Below, one piece after another: positions 20,201 through 28,990 of a DNA stretch of 64,000 nt. The stretch covers positions 448,001 to 512,000 of the forward strand of contig CM000434.1 in assembly GCA_000165345.1 (NCBI GenBank). Reading direction: 5' to 3'. Under the pieces are notes generated by a model, which saw only the letters and a program-made list of their open reading frames with translations, was not told where the DNA came from and did no database searches. The position numbers and the translations under genes are program-made. Position 1 is the first letter of the stretch. Every line of letters begins with the position of its first letter.

Positions 20201-22313
20201 TTGGTGAAAGATTGACAAAGAATTGGATTATGTTCTGTATTAATGATTTAAGTTCATCCGTTGTGAAATTCTGTGTTAATATATCATAATAGATCAAGTT
20301 AAAATTATTTATATAATTAGATGCTGGGCTGAAAATTTCATTTAGCGATGTATAATGGTTAATAGTATCCTCTAATTTATTCATAAAAGTAAGCTTCTTA
20401 GATAGTACTTCTATAAGCTCCATAATTAAAGCGCACACTATAATTTTATTATTTATTCCATCTGAGATGTAAAAATCGAATAAATCGAATAAATGTTTGT
20501 CCAATCTTGTTTTATTGCTATTAAAAATAATTCTCAATACCAAATACTTTAATTTTAGATAATTTCTTATTATTTCAAGAGATATGTATAGATATGAATT
20601 ACAATTGTCGGAAATTGATGATGGCTTATCCAACTCTTGTCTGGATAAAGAACTTATAACAGAAACTGATATAGGAGATAATAAAAAAGTTTTATCTTTA
20701 TCTGAAAAAATTCGAATACAGTAATTGCCAATATTTTTAAAGTAATTAATTAAGAGATGAAGAGGCGTGATTATGAATATTATCTTTTCTATATCATATT
20801 TGCATTTTATACGAGTCTCAAACTCTTTATTTATTAGTGCTTTCCCATCTAGATATATGTAAACATTTTTCATTAAATTTACCAAGTCCTCAAATTTAGA
20901 AGTTGAGTATAAAATATTCAACAGCTCACATTGTTTCTTTTCGCAAACAATCTTTGAAATAATGCTTTCAAGGAATCTCAAATATCTATTAAAAGCCATA
21001 GCAACTACAGTGTTTGATTTACACTCACCAATAACTCTACAGAGAAGAAAATTTATGATTTCTTCAAAGTTTGATAGTTTTTCTATATTGGAAATTAACT
21101 TGCATTTTAAATCACTAATATCAAGTGGATTTTTAAAAGAATTTTGTAGTCCCTGACTCCAAACTAACGTAGAATTGCCTAGATTGGCATTTGATGGGAA
21201 ATTGTTCGAAGTGTGATCATTTAAGCAAATTTTGTGAATCTCACAAATTGGAAGGCATAAATCATAATCATTCATAATATTTCCAGGAAAAGCTGCCCTG
21301 GCAATATAAATTTCTGATTTATTACAATAGACCTGAGGATATAACAATTTTTTTTTATCTCCGCTCTGTTGAAGATCTAAATTAAGATAACTTGAAAGTT
21401 GCAAATTAATGTTTTCGGAATTATAATCACAAAAGTTCAATATCTTATAGAGATAAACTGTACTGTTAATCAACAAAACAAAATGATCTGTGCCTTCTAG
21501 GAGGGAAATTACAGGGTGGGTATCTATATTAATTCCAATTTCAATATCTGTTCTTCTATCAATTATATTACTACAAACATTATTTTCTGCAGGATTAAAT
21601 CTGATCAATATAAGACATAATTCTTTATTTTTTTCAGAAAATGTAATTAAATAAATATTTTCTGTGTTTTTGTTGGTTACTGTAGTTTTCACTATTTGAA
21701 ATGCAGAAATTTCGAGAGATTCTGTAAAGATATTTTTTTTAATAAATAGTGGTAAAAACTCGTCTTTCAAGATTGTTGAATTTGAAATTATCCCAAAAAC
21801 CCCCAATTCATTGCATGCTAAAAATAGAGATTTAGTTGCTTGAGTAAGTAATTTCAAATTTGAAAGCTCCGTTTTGAAACTTCTCGTTGTCAAAATATTA
21901 AAACCATACTCGCATTCCCCAAATACAGATATCTCAATGATATATAACTGTCCTTCATTAGAGCAAACTGAAATCGTGAGAATTGATGTGCATCTATCGA
22001 AAAATAAACTACAATTACAATTTGGATTGAATGGTAAATTTATATTAAATAATGATTTAATATTTGGTGCTCTACATTTATCTTGAGCTCTGTCTCTAGA
22101 AAATATTATAGTGGAGACATTGTAAACACAGATTGTATCGTTATTTATTACTGAGGCAATATGTAAATCATCGAACAACTTTAATTCATTACCAAAAAAT
22201 TTGTCAAAATCAGAATACGTATCTGTACAATTGTTTCTTTCATTTGTTAATTCTGCATAAAAATTATTAGAGAAAGCAAAATAGCCAATGATCTGCTCAA
22301 CATTTAGAAGCAT
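17283..22313 (-). CDS. Large (1676 aa) hypothetical protein
   Basis: Uninterrupted 5-kb ORF. The Cys-containing N-terminal third followed by a long low-complexity region suggests a beta-propeller plus alpha-solenoid architecture, but this is speculative. Confidence 0.55.
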   Translation of the reverse strand: MLLNVEQIIGYFAFSNNFYAELTNERNNCTDTYSDFDKFFGNELKLFDDLHIASVINNDTICVYNVSTIIFSRDRAQDKCRAPNIKSLFNINLPFNPNCNCSLFFDRCTSILTISVCSNEGQLYIIEISVFGECEYGFNILTTRSFKTELSNLKLLTQATKSLFLACNELGVFGIISNSTILKDEFLPLFIKKNIFTESLEISAFQIVKTTVTNKNTENIYLITFSEKNKELCLILIRFNPAENNVCSNIIDRRTDIEIGINIDTHPVISLLEGTDHFVLLINSTVYLYKILNFCDYNSENINLQLSSYLNLDLQQSGDKKKLLYPQVYCNKSEIYIARAAFPGNIMNDYDLCLPICEIHKICLNDHTSNNFPSNANLGNSTLVWSQGLQNSFKNPLDISDLKCKLISNIEKLSNFEEIINFLLCRVIGECKSNTVVAMAFNRYLRFLESIISKIVCEKKQCELLNILYSTSKFEDLVNLMKNVYIYLDGKALINKEFETRIKCKYDIEKIIFIITPLHLLINYFKNIGNYCIRIFSDKDKTFLLSPISVSVISSLSRQELDKPSSISDNCNSYLYISLEIIRNYLKLKYLVLRIIFNSNKTRLDKHLFDLFDFYISDGINNKIIVCALIMELIEVLSKKLTFMNKLEDTINHYTSLNEIFSPASNYINNFNLIYYDILTQNFTTDELKSLIQNIIQFFVNLSPTSNDEVLNFVGKSIKADHNGDVKCLVLNSVDKETNKYFKASNLEIMKVKNTILILNIYSIITRNIFKYFSWKNLIRNINLTYSCGVENILQFFSEDYSFLNLGKYMVTGKLNIITHNCGRINEHHFVPSVDQVYRVYLYYNSIYKFFSSDVFIDSGANDLSLYIFSNKIFWELFLNDFCSKKVSQECNFQLVDLVYDYLEQQIINGCFEHNYTRYISYIIRLLPYKSHTSDSSLSILKQLISDIKLVDEIIELIKPKEDQNKKNILEGFSCNEIKVIYLISLIFRLFSKPRIKIYYNSIYFNLLEISINLICACFSSCSPNQKILINEIHKKYLIQYIYLSGNNIEDHSIVKLLNKSLSCFNSKHEKMLFLMVLWIKHYLSNKVENKSELKFSTISASVFATELEEFYSLLIQIFWKKTKFLNNTNSEAFLRFYSKGAFIVRSIYKFLMNEWKRGERYQEIVTLAYLNALDKYCDLCSYNNCTNALFPESWIEFILMNNSRYEEFDSFKIINEALENLSGIIQYFSFEKEVINADSEPLNIIISSLNTCITYSSATLINQFNDRQYSDKPICIPNLFFGIELPKIIYQNNYSQGIHHKVTFLPSIEYISYLKWYFVGINKLLTSDLTLAETYQHFINFCKNIERYKNYLERSGIYFKTIFNPHLFCSKNLASLLSISIVELNYYLIINGYFETSHRLTQVANKFMNNYLKDYSSNLSNNKWIIFSNPLTQFIPNNIYKTIGFWMFTYCFFLSYNTIYFNSLVEYKNDFLTQTSGQKKKKLSYSSPDPKITVFEEILLQNAKLRNIQILKGSDNLAFAININYWSSIISRINHSPYFLQGVHIALLANERIYGAMNSDNPSDSAYTSILPIQLKKMYKDPEYLMKIIRSCSTSIGQHIHIFINVIENLLSFSFIDEALRFITAIISDKQIELPIYFVAKVRYLIKSSNNVNIRALSEKFESMIHKCICIDALA

Positions 22314-22587
22314 TTTGATTCCTAAGTTATATAATTGATTTTTATTGCTGAACTTTGTAACTATTTCGTCCCCACTTAAGAAAAAAAATTGTTATACAAC
22401 GTCGCGGCATCATGAACTTTTATAATTGCGATGGATTATTTACCATTTGACACCTACAGTGTGAATAACCAAATACTGTTTATAATACAAAGAGTTTTTA
22501 AAGATAATGTATTTTTACTGTTTATTTATATTGCTATCTTCTTATCAACAACTATTGTCACAATTTTTATTTTAAGAATACTTTTAA

Positions 22588-23634
22588 ATGGGCCAAGCTA
22601 ATAATAAAAATCAACAAAAAAAAGCAACTCAACTCCATCATAGAAATGTGCATGCCAATGATGATTTTTTATTTTTATCTGAAAGATACCCTGAGCTTAA
22701 AAAATGTATCAAAATAATAAATAATAAAGTACGTATTAATTATAACCCCGCAGCATTACACTGTATTTCGAAAGTATTGCTGCATTACAGATATAATATT
22801 AATTGGGACATACCGGATAAATTTCTAATACCAACAATACCTTCGAGAGCTAACTATGTACACTTTATTTCAGACCTGTTAACTCCAGAACACTTTTATA
22901 ATACGGAAAAAGTAAACGATGAAGGATTAAGAAACGATCTAAAGACAAAAACATGTATTGAAGGTGGTACAGATGTTTGTTTTTCTGAGCTTATTCCTAG
23001 AGGAAAACAAGTTTTGGGGTTTGATATAGGAATTGGTGCAAACTGCATATTTTCTCTTCTATGCAACAAAATTTATTCTTGGAATATGATCGGCTCAGAT
23101 ATTTCAATTGAAAGCCTGAGTGTTTCAGACACTATTATTAAAAAAAACAATCTTTGTGGTTGTATAAAACTTTTGCATCAAGAAAAACCAGAATATATAT
23201 TATTCGGGATACTTGACAAAACTGAAATAGAAGACTTGAAATTCTCATTCACTATCTGTAACCCTCCATATTATGATTCAGTTGAAGATTCAGAAATTAA
23301 TATGCACCCTGCTCGCTTCAGGAGTTGTCAAAATTACGAAATAATAACTCATGGAGGTGAATCTCAATTTATCTTGAAATTGTATTTCGAAAGCAAGAAT
23401 TTTTCGAAAAGGGTAATCTGGTACACTTCTCAAGTTTCGAAACTAAAAAATTTGAAATTTTTGAAAAGTGTTCTTAAAAAAGAAATCATTAACAATGAAT
23501 TAAAATCACTTAGATACACTACTCTAAAACAAGGGAAGCATGACAAGTGGGTAATTGCATGGAGCTTTTTTGAAAAGGAAGAGAGAACCTCAATATTAAA
23601 GTTTCTCAGAAACAATAAAAACATGAGCTCTTGA
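22588..23634 (+). CDS. METTL16-like N6-adenosine RNA methyltransferase (U6 snRNA m6A methyltransferase family)
   Basis: 348 aa. SAM-binding motif I 'LGFDIGIGANCIFSLL', catalytic 'ICNPPYY' (NPPY/NPPF class) and the C-terminal 'KWVIAWSF' all align with the METTL16 methyltransferase domain (human 'GIDIGTGASCIYPLLG', 'NPPFF', 'RWALAWSF'). Confidence 0.8.
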   Translation: MGQANNKNQQKKATQLHHRNVHANDDFLFLSERYPELKKCIKIINNKVRINYNPAALHCISKVLLHYRYNINWDIPDKFLIPTIPSRANYVHFISDLLTPEHFYNTEKVNDEGLRNDLKTKTCIEGGTDVCFSELIPRGKQVLGFDIGIGANCIFSLLCNKIYSWNMIGSDISIESLSVSDTIIKKNNLCGCIKLLHQEKPEYILFGILDKTEIEDLKFSFTICNPPYYDSVEDSEINMHPARFRSCQNYEIITHGGESQFILKLYFESKNFSKRVIWYTSQVSKLKNLKFLKSVLKKEIINNELKSLRYTTLKQGKHDKWVIAWSFFEKEERTSILKFLRNNKNMSS

Positions 23635-23670
23635 CGAATTTTAATTAAATATTAATGTTTGATCAAAATT

Positions 23671-23688
23671 TGCATGTGTATGCATGCA
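23671..23688. promoter_or_regulatory. Tandem TGCATG(T/C) motifs including palindromic TGCATGCA in the promoter of the BT1 transporter gene
   Basis: 'tgcatgtgtatgcatgcaaa' sits about 90 bp upstream of the ATG at 23776. TGCATGCA-type motifs are known over-represented upstream elements in apicomplexans (recalled). Not experimentally supported here. Confidence 0.3.
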
Positions 23689-23775
23689 AATTATTATTTA
23701 GCACATGCGTTAATTATTTACACAGAATAATAAATTATCTTCTGTTAACCTTATTATTAATAAACTTATAATAAA

Positions 23776-25339
23776 ATGGATGGGACGCTACATCAAAATG
23801 AAATTATTTCTTTGCTAGACGAAAAAAGAACCATTTCAAGCACAATAAAATTTTCGTCGCTACTTGGGTCTATTACAATAACCAAGTTAGTAATATTTTT
23901 GGTCGGATTCTCAGATGGACTGACTCACCTCGCAACGCTGGCAATTTACTACTTGCTGAAGGATGATTTACGCCTCTCTCCTCCTGAAGTATCGGTTATA
24001 TATGCAATTCCTGCGATACCTTGGTTTTTGAAACCTTTATTTGGTAAGCTACAAACCATTTTTTAAAGTATAAATAAATTTCTTAAAGCATTTTGCAGTG
24101 ATTCAATACCTATTGCAGGTAAGCTTGAAGCTCATTCAAATATATTCGTATAACATACTTATAGGAATGAGAAGAAAGCCATACTTGATTTTTTTCTCAA
24201 TTCTTCAAGTTATAGGCTTTTTACTACTTGCAACAAACGTAAGTTAACTCTAAATTTATAATAATATTTTTAATAGTTTCAGGCTGATACTGTTTTTAAA
24301 GCTGCAGTCTGCCTACTACTAATATCTTTAAGTGCAGCATTTTGTAGCAGTATTGCTGAGGTAAGTTATTAGAAAATAGATTAATTAATCAATAATCTCT
24401 AAAAAAACAGGCATTAGTTGTAGAGACATCTGGAATTAATGGTGGTGCTGAAACAGTCTCCGATTATTTTGGCTCAAAGGCATTGGGTGCACTAGCAACG
24501 GCATATTTTTCTGGTTCATTGTTAGATACATACAGTAAACAAGGAATATTTCTTACAACGTCAATTTTTCCATTATTTGTTTTTATCGCTTGTCTGATAA
24601 TGGATGATAAAAAACAGACAGAAGATCTCACTGCGAAGAATCAGCTATTTTCGCTTAAGGAATTTTTGAAAAAACCCATAATTTGGGGGCCTGCAATATA
24701 TATTTTTACTTATACTGCAGGACCAGACTACGACGATGCAATGTTTTTTTACTTTACAAATAGGCTTGGCTTTTCGCCGACATTTATGGGTAGCTTAAGG
24801 CTTACTTATGGAATTGCAGGTATAATTGGAATTGTTCTATATAGAATTATTCTCAAGAAGACCCCATTCCGTGAAATATTGCTTTGGACTACTTTGTTTT
24901 CAATACCAATTTATATTCTACCTCTAGCGCTTGTCACAGGACTCAATTTGAATATGGGAATTTCGAATAGAATGTTTGCATTGTCTGGTGGATTTCTGAT
25001 TGAAGCCATTGCAGAAATACAGTTGTTACCACTTCTTGTAATGACTGCAAAGTTTTGCCCAAAAGGCCTTGAAGGGTCTGTATATGCGGTTATGATGTCA
25101 ATACGAAGTCTTGGAATAGGGGTTTCAAAAGTTATCTCCGCAGGATTGGCCTACTCACTTGGAATTACAGCATTCAATTTTTCAAACTTGGGGTTATTAA
25201 TTTGGATTTCTTCCGCATTTCTCCTGCTGCCTCTCTTTTTTCTAAATTTGGTTAGTTATCATACTTTTTCCATATTTCAAGTTCATTTTTTTAGGTTGTG
25301 AATGAAGAAGAGATCCAAAGTACAGAAAATCAAGTATAA
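23776..25339 (+). CDS. Folate-biopterin transporter (BT1 / FBT family, MFS), multi-exon
   Basis: Proposed exons: 23776..24043, 24089..24118, 24165..24238, 24283(or 24277)..24360, 24411..25250, 25295..25339 (last intron tentative). Splicing restores the BT1 signature 'LKDDLRLSP...PWFLKPLFAFCSDSIPIAGMRRKPY' (compare '[21 protein letters not shown]'). Introns are 44-50 nt with GTAAG(C/T) donors and (T)nAG acceptors, and all phases are consistent. The ORF track shows this gene as two separate ORFs (23776..24066 and 24483..25301). Confidence 0.8.
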
Positions 25340-25446
25340 TTCAATATTCTCAAAATGATTAAAATTAAATAACGAAATATCTTATGAGATTTTATTTAGA
25401 ATTGAAAATAATTTTCTATACTACAGTAAATTTTTACTATGAAAGT

Positions 25447-27615
25447 CTATATTGAACGGTTACTTTGCTTCTTTACTTTGTAAATTCTTATAACCCAATT
25501 ATCAGTTGTATAAGCTTCCTCAAAATGAGTAAGTGAGAATTGAGTTTTACCTATGTGGTAATTCCTTACTAAGTCAAAACCATCCTTCTGAAGATCCGAA
25601 AACCTATAATATGATAGCTTGTAAATCAGAGAATTAAGCATCGCATTAGATGCGTCTTTCCCCACAGTATAATGCCCACTATCCGATAGATAATCGTTTT
25701 GCTGAATGTGAGGATAAATTCCAGAAGCAATTCTTACCATCCATAAGAATTTATTGATATCATCAGAAGAATATTTTGCAAACCCACCAAATACAACAAA
25801 AACATAATCTACATCCAGTTTTTCTATTATTTTATAAGCCTCATCCTCAGGAGATGCCAATGCAAGCCCAACTGTAGCGATATGTGTGTTATTCCATGTA
25901 TTGTTATCTACAATTACGGTTCTGTCGCCTAATTCAGTGCATTGATATCCATAATCCCACCAAGACATTATCCTTGCATTGTAAGGGGTGTTCTTTCTCA
26001 ACCAATAATATGCTTCCCTAAAATCATCCTGAATTAGTCTAGTTCCATCTCTAAGACGGTTTGAAGTAATTACTGATGGATGCGAATACGCAACAGCAGA
26101 GCTCCAAACACTATGCACGACATAACTCACACAGAGCAAAAACATTAATAATACAAAAAAAACTCTGAGAATACCAAAATTCCCTTGGCTCCCGTCACCA
26201 TAAGTGGTTTTTTTTGTTTGCCTTCTGCCTATTAGACTCGATAATATAAAAGAAAATCCCACTGCAGAAAGGCAACAAGCCGCAGGCCCAAAAACCAGCA
26301 TCAGTCTAATCATGACAGAAGAAAAATAGACAGCAAGGACTCCATATACAATTAAAAATATTGCAGTATCGGGAATGCACGTACTATGTGATGTTTGAAA
26401 TGGTGAATTTTTTGGTGATTTTTTTTGAGAAATATAAATTGAATACGCACAGACAAATATTCCAAGAGGGAAAAATATCGCAGTAATATGGAGGTCAAAA
26501 ATATACTGTGACCAAGTTGTTGCTTGGTGTTCTGATACTGATGCGATAATAGGAACATGCTTAGACGCATATGTGGGATCTAAAAGAGTCATACTTCTTG
26601 CCGCCCACCTAGTTTTTCCAGACAGTGTCAATACCAAGAAGGCGGAGCTAGATACCAAGAAGCAAGAAATCCATATAGCTTTTAGAAGTATTCGGCTTGA
26701 AGAAGTGCTCAGAATATATTTTGAGGAGTTCAATGCTATAACGCACACTACAAGAAATGCCATACAGTGTGATGAAAGGTGTTCCGAAGATTTTACGGCG
26801 CCCACGTTGACAAATGGAATGTTAAGGTTCAATATTGTACCAATAACATAAAATACAATATAAACTACAAAGTGTTTGTATGTAAATCTGTTGAGTAATA
26901 CAAGAGCTAGTGTATAGATTGCAATTGTATTAATTACAAACACATATCCTCCCCAACTCATAGTCATATAATTGTAGGCAAGAGCTGCAAAAAATGAACT
27001 CAATATTCTACCATCATTTACTGCCCTCAAATATAGTGCAAAGCTGAATACAAGAGCAAAAATTGCAACTGCTTCATTATCATAACTTCCTGCAACGCTC
27101 CTACTCAGATACGTAGGAGATATACCCGTAAAGAGAGCTGCCATTATTCCCGTTTCATTTCGCTTAGTTATTTGAAATGTGAGTAAGTATGAAGCAAGTG
27201 CAGTTAGACTTGAGATTATTGGTCCTGTAAAAACACAAATGTGTAAAATACTTACAAGTAAACCCAATTGATGTGCAATATACCTCATCAAAGCAGCAGT
27301 AAGCATGAGACCAGGAAATAGAGTTTGCCCAATAATCCTACCAAGAGGGTACCAACTCCTGCTATCAAACCAGTTCCAAAATGCATAAAACCCATGTTTT
27401 GAAAGAAATTTCGAGGTTCTATAGTTAAAATGTGGATCAAACTCGTGTATTATCGCCTCATATCTTACTACGGCAAAAAGCCTCACAAAAATACAAAGTC
27501 CCATAATTAAAACCACGGATAGAAACAACAAAACAGGAGATATCCTTCCAGCAGATTCAAATATTGATTTTTTTTTGTATTCATTTTCTAATTCTTTATA
27601 ACTTATGTCTTTCAT
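25447..27615 (-). CDS. STT3: Oligosaccharyltransferase catalytic subunit STT3
   Basis: 722 aa multi-pass membrane protein with the diagnostic 'WWDYGYQ' motif and STT3-like N-terminal TM topology. Confidence 0.95.
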   Translation of the reverse strand: MKDISYKELENEYKKKSIFESAGRISPVLLFLSVVLIMGLCIFVRLFAVVRYEAIIHEFDPHFNYRTSKFLSKHGFYAFWNWFDSRSWYPLGRIIGQTLFPGLMLTAALMRYIAHQLGLLVSILHICVFTGPIISSLTALASYLLTFQITKRNETGIMAALFTGISPTYLSRSVAGSYDNEAVAIFALVFSFALYLRAVNDGRILSSFFAALAYNYMTMSWGGYVFVINTIAIYTLALVLLNRFTYKHFVVYIVFYVIGTILNLNIPFVNVGAVKSSEHLSSHCMAFLVVCVIALNSSKYILSTSSSRILLKAIWISCFLVSSSAFLVLTLSGKTRWAARSMTLLDPTYASKHVPIIASVSEHQATTWSQYIFDLHITAIFFPLGIFVCAYSIYISQKKSPKNSPFQTSHSTCIPDTAIFLIVYGVLAVYFSSVMIRLMLVFGPAACCLSAVGFSFILSSLIGRRQTKKTTYGDGSQGNFGILRVFFVLLMFLLCVSYVVHSVWSSAVAYSHPSVITSNRLRDGTRLIQDDFREAYYWLRKNTPYNARIMSWWDYGYQCTELGDRTVIVDNNTWNNTHIATVGLALASPEDEAYKIIEKLDVDYVFVVFGGFAKYSSDDINKFLWMVRIASGIYPHIQQNDYLSDSGHYTVGKDASNAMLNSLIYKLSYYRFSDLQKDGFDLVRNYHIGKTQFSLTHFEEAYTTDNWVIRIYKVKKQSNRSI

Positions 27616-27791
27616 TATTAAATCGAAGCATTCAGATAAAATTTTCTAAATAATCAAGAACCTTTAAATAAGGTAAGAATTTTTATTTTCTTTGCCACAA
27701 ATTTTATAGTTTATATTAAATGTCTCAAAAATAAAGTTGCTGTGTGCCTCCGTCAGGTAATTCGATGGCGCAAATTTAATATTTATTTATT

Positions 27792-28646
27792 ATGGGAATT
27801 GTTTCATCAAGTTCAAATCTAAGTTCAATCGATAAACCAAATGAGCAAAATAATTTCCATTGTACTAATGGTCATATGAATGGCCACAATCTAGAAAATA
27901 TCCAGTGTGTAATTAGATGGTCATTTGGTGGGGATGAGGTATTTGTTACTGGTAGTTTTAACTTTTGGAGAAAGCAGGATGAATACAAGTTATTTAAAAG
28001 TGGCCACGATCATTTGATTGCAATAGAGCTTACTAGAAATATTCACTTTTTCAAATTTATTGTGGATGGAGAGTGGAGATACTCTCCAGAATACCCAATT
28101 GAATCAGACAGCGAAGGATATATAAATAATTGTATAGATTTAACAAAATATAAAGCTCCATATTATTCAACACCTTGCGATAAATCACGCTACGGCGTCC
28201 AGGAGTTCCATCAAGAGCTGCCAACAGAGTTTCCTGTAGATGCGCCAGCATTGCCAATTCTTTTAGGTAAGAGCAGATGCCCACTTGAAACTGCCAATGG
28301 TATCCATATTCCGTTTCATTGTATTTCGAACCATATTTACTATGACTCTCTTGTTCAAGAAATCTTTGGAACTCATATAGTGACATTTTGCGTGACCAAG
28401 CGTTGGTTTAAAGAAAAGTACATGCAAATTGATCATTGTATGCAAAAGTTTACGACAATACTATATGTGTCCTTTAGATTAATTGATGAATTTTATCCTA
28501 TATTAATTTGCAAGAAAAATGACTACAATTTAAATTGTTTTTCTAAAAGTGTTTCTGACTCAGAAAATAACAATCCTCACTATGACGCTTATTTTTCAGA
28601 TAGATTGCTCACAACGGCCGAAATGTTTGCCACAATATTTAGATAA
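27792..28646 (+). CDS. AMPK/SNF1 kinase beta regulatory subunit (CBM48 glycogen-binding domain plus ASC domain)
   Basis: N-myristoylation-type start 'MGIVSSS'. CBM48 core 'CVIRWSFGGDEVFVTGSFNFWRK...HFFKFIVDGEWRYSPEYPI'. ASC-like 'SNHIYY...VTKRWFKEKYMQ...TTILY'. The ORF extends about 50 aa beyond the canonical beta-subunit C-terminus. Confidence 0.8.
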   Translation: MGIVSSSSNLSSIDKPNEQNNFHCTNGHMNGHNLENIQCVIRWSFGGDEVFVTGSFNFWRKQDEYKLFKSGHDHLIAIELTRNIHFFKFIVDGEWRYSPEYPIESDSEGYINNCIDLTKYKAPYYSTPCDKSRYGVQEFHQELPTEFPVDAPALPILLGKSRCPLETANGIHIPFHCISNHIYYDSLVQEIFGTHIVTFCVTKRWFKEKYMQIDHCMQKFTTILYVSFRLIDEFYPILICKKNDYNLNCFSKSVSDSENNNPHYDAYFSDRLLTTAEMFATIFR

Positions 28647-28990
28647 ATCCTCGAACTCAAAATACTATCAAATAATAACATATGTATTTTCAGGGCATTA
28701 TATATTACAATTCCAGTGAGATACAATCAGCGAGGTTTAATATTTTTGTTAAGGTTTAGAATTTCCGTAGCAATGGATTTAATTTACTTTTGTTTAGGGC
28801 ATTCATTCACTACCTGTAGCTAAATTATTCGTATCAATAAATGTCAAATTATCAGCGCCTATTTTTAGAGACGAGAATGCGGTTATATTTACAGGAAATG
28901 TAGAAAATATTACTGAGGGAATCCAGATTGTTAAATTTTCACTTTAATTTTCAACTGATATTTCTTGCAGTGCGTATAGATTAACGCACA

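Noticed and set aside
22401-22408. GC-rich 'gtcgcggc' in the divergent promoter between the 1676-aa gene and the METTL16-like gene; 'tggcgcaaa' at 27765..27773 upstream of AMPK beta
   Set aside because: Only loose resemblance to E2F (TTTSGCGC) sites, and neither gene is an obvious replication gene; insufficient to call.
28255-28275. GTAAGA donor-like site inside the AMPK beta ORF ('ttttaggtaagagcag')
   Set aside because: The continuous reading 'PALPILLGKSRCPLETANGIHIPFHCISNHIYY' aligns co-linearly with the ASC region of AMPK beta, so no intron is needed there.
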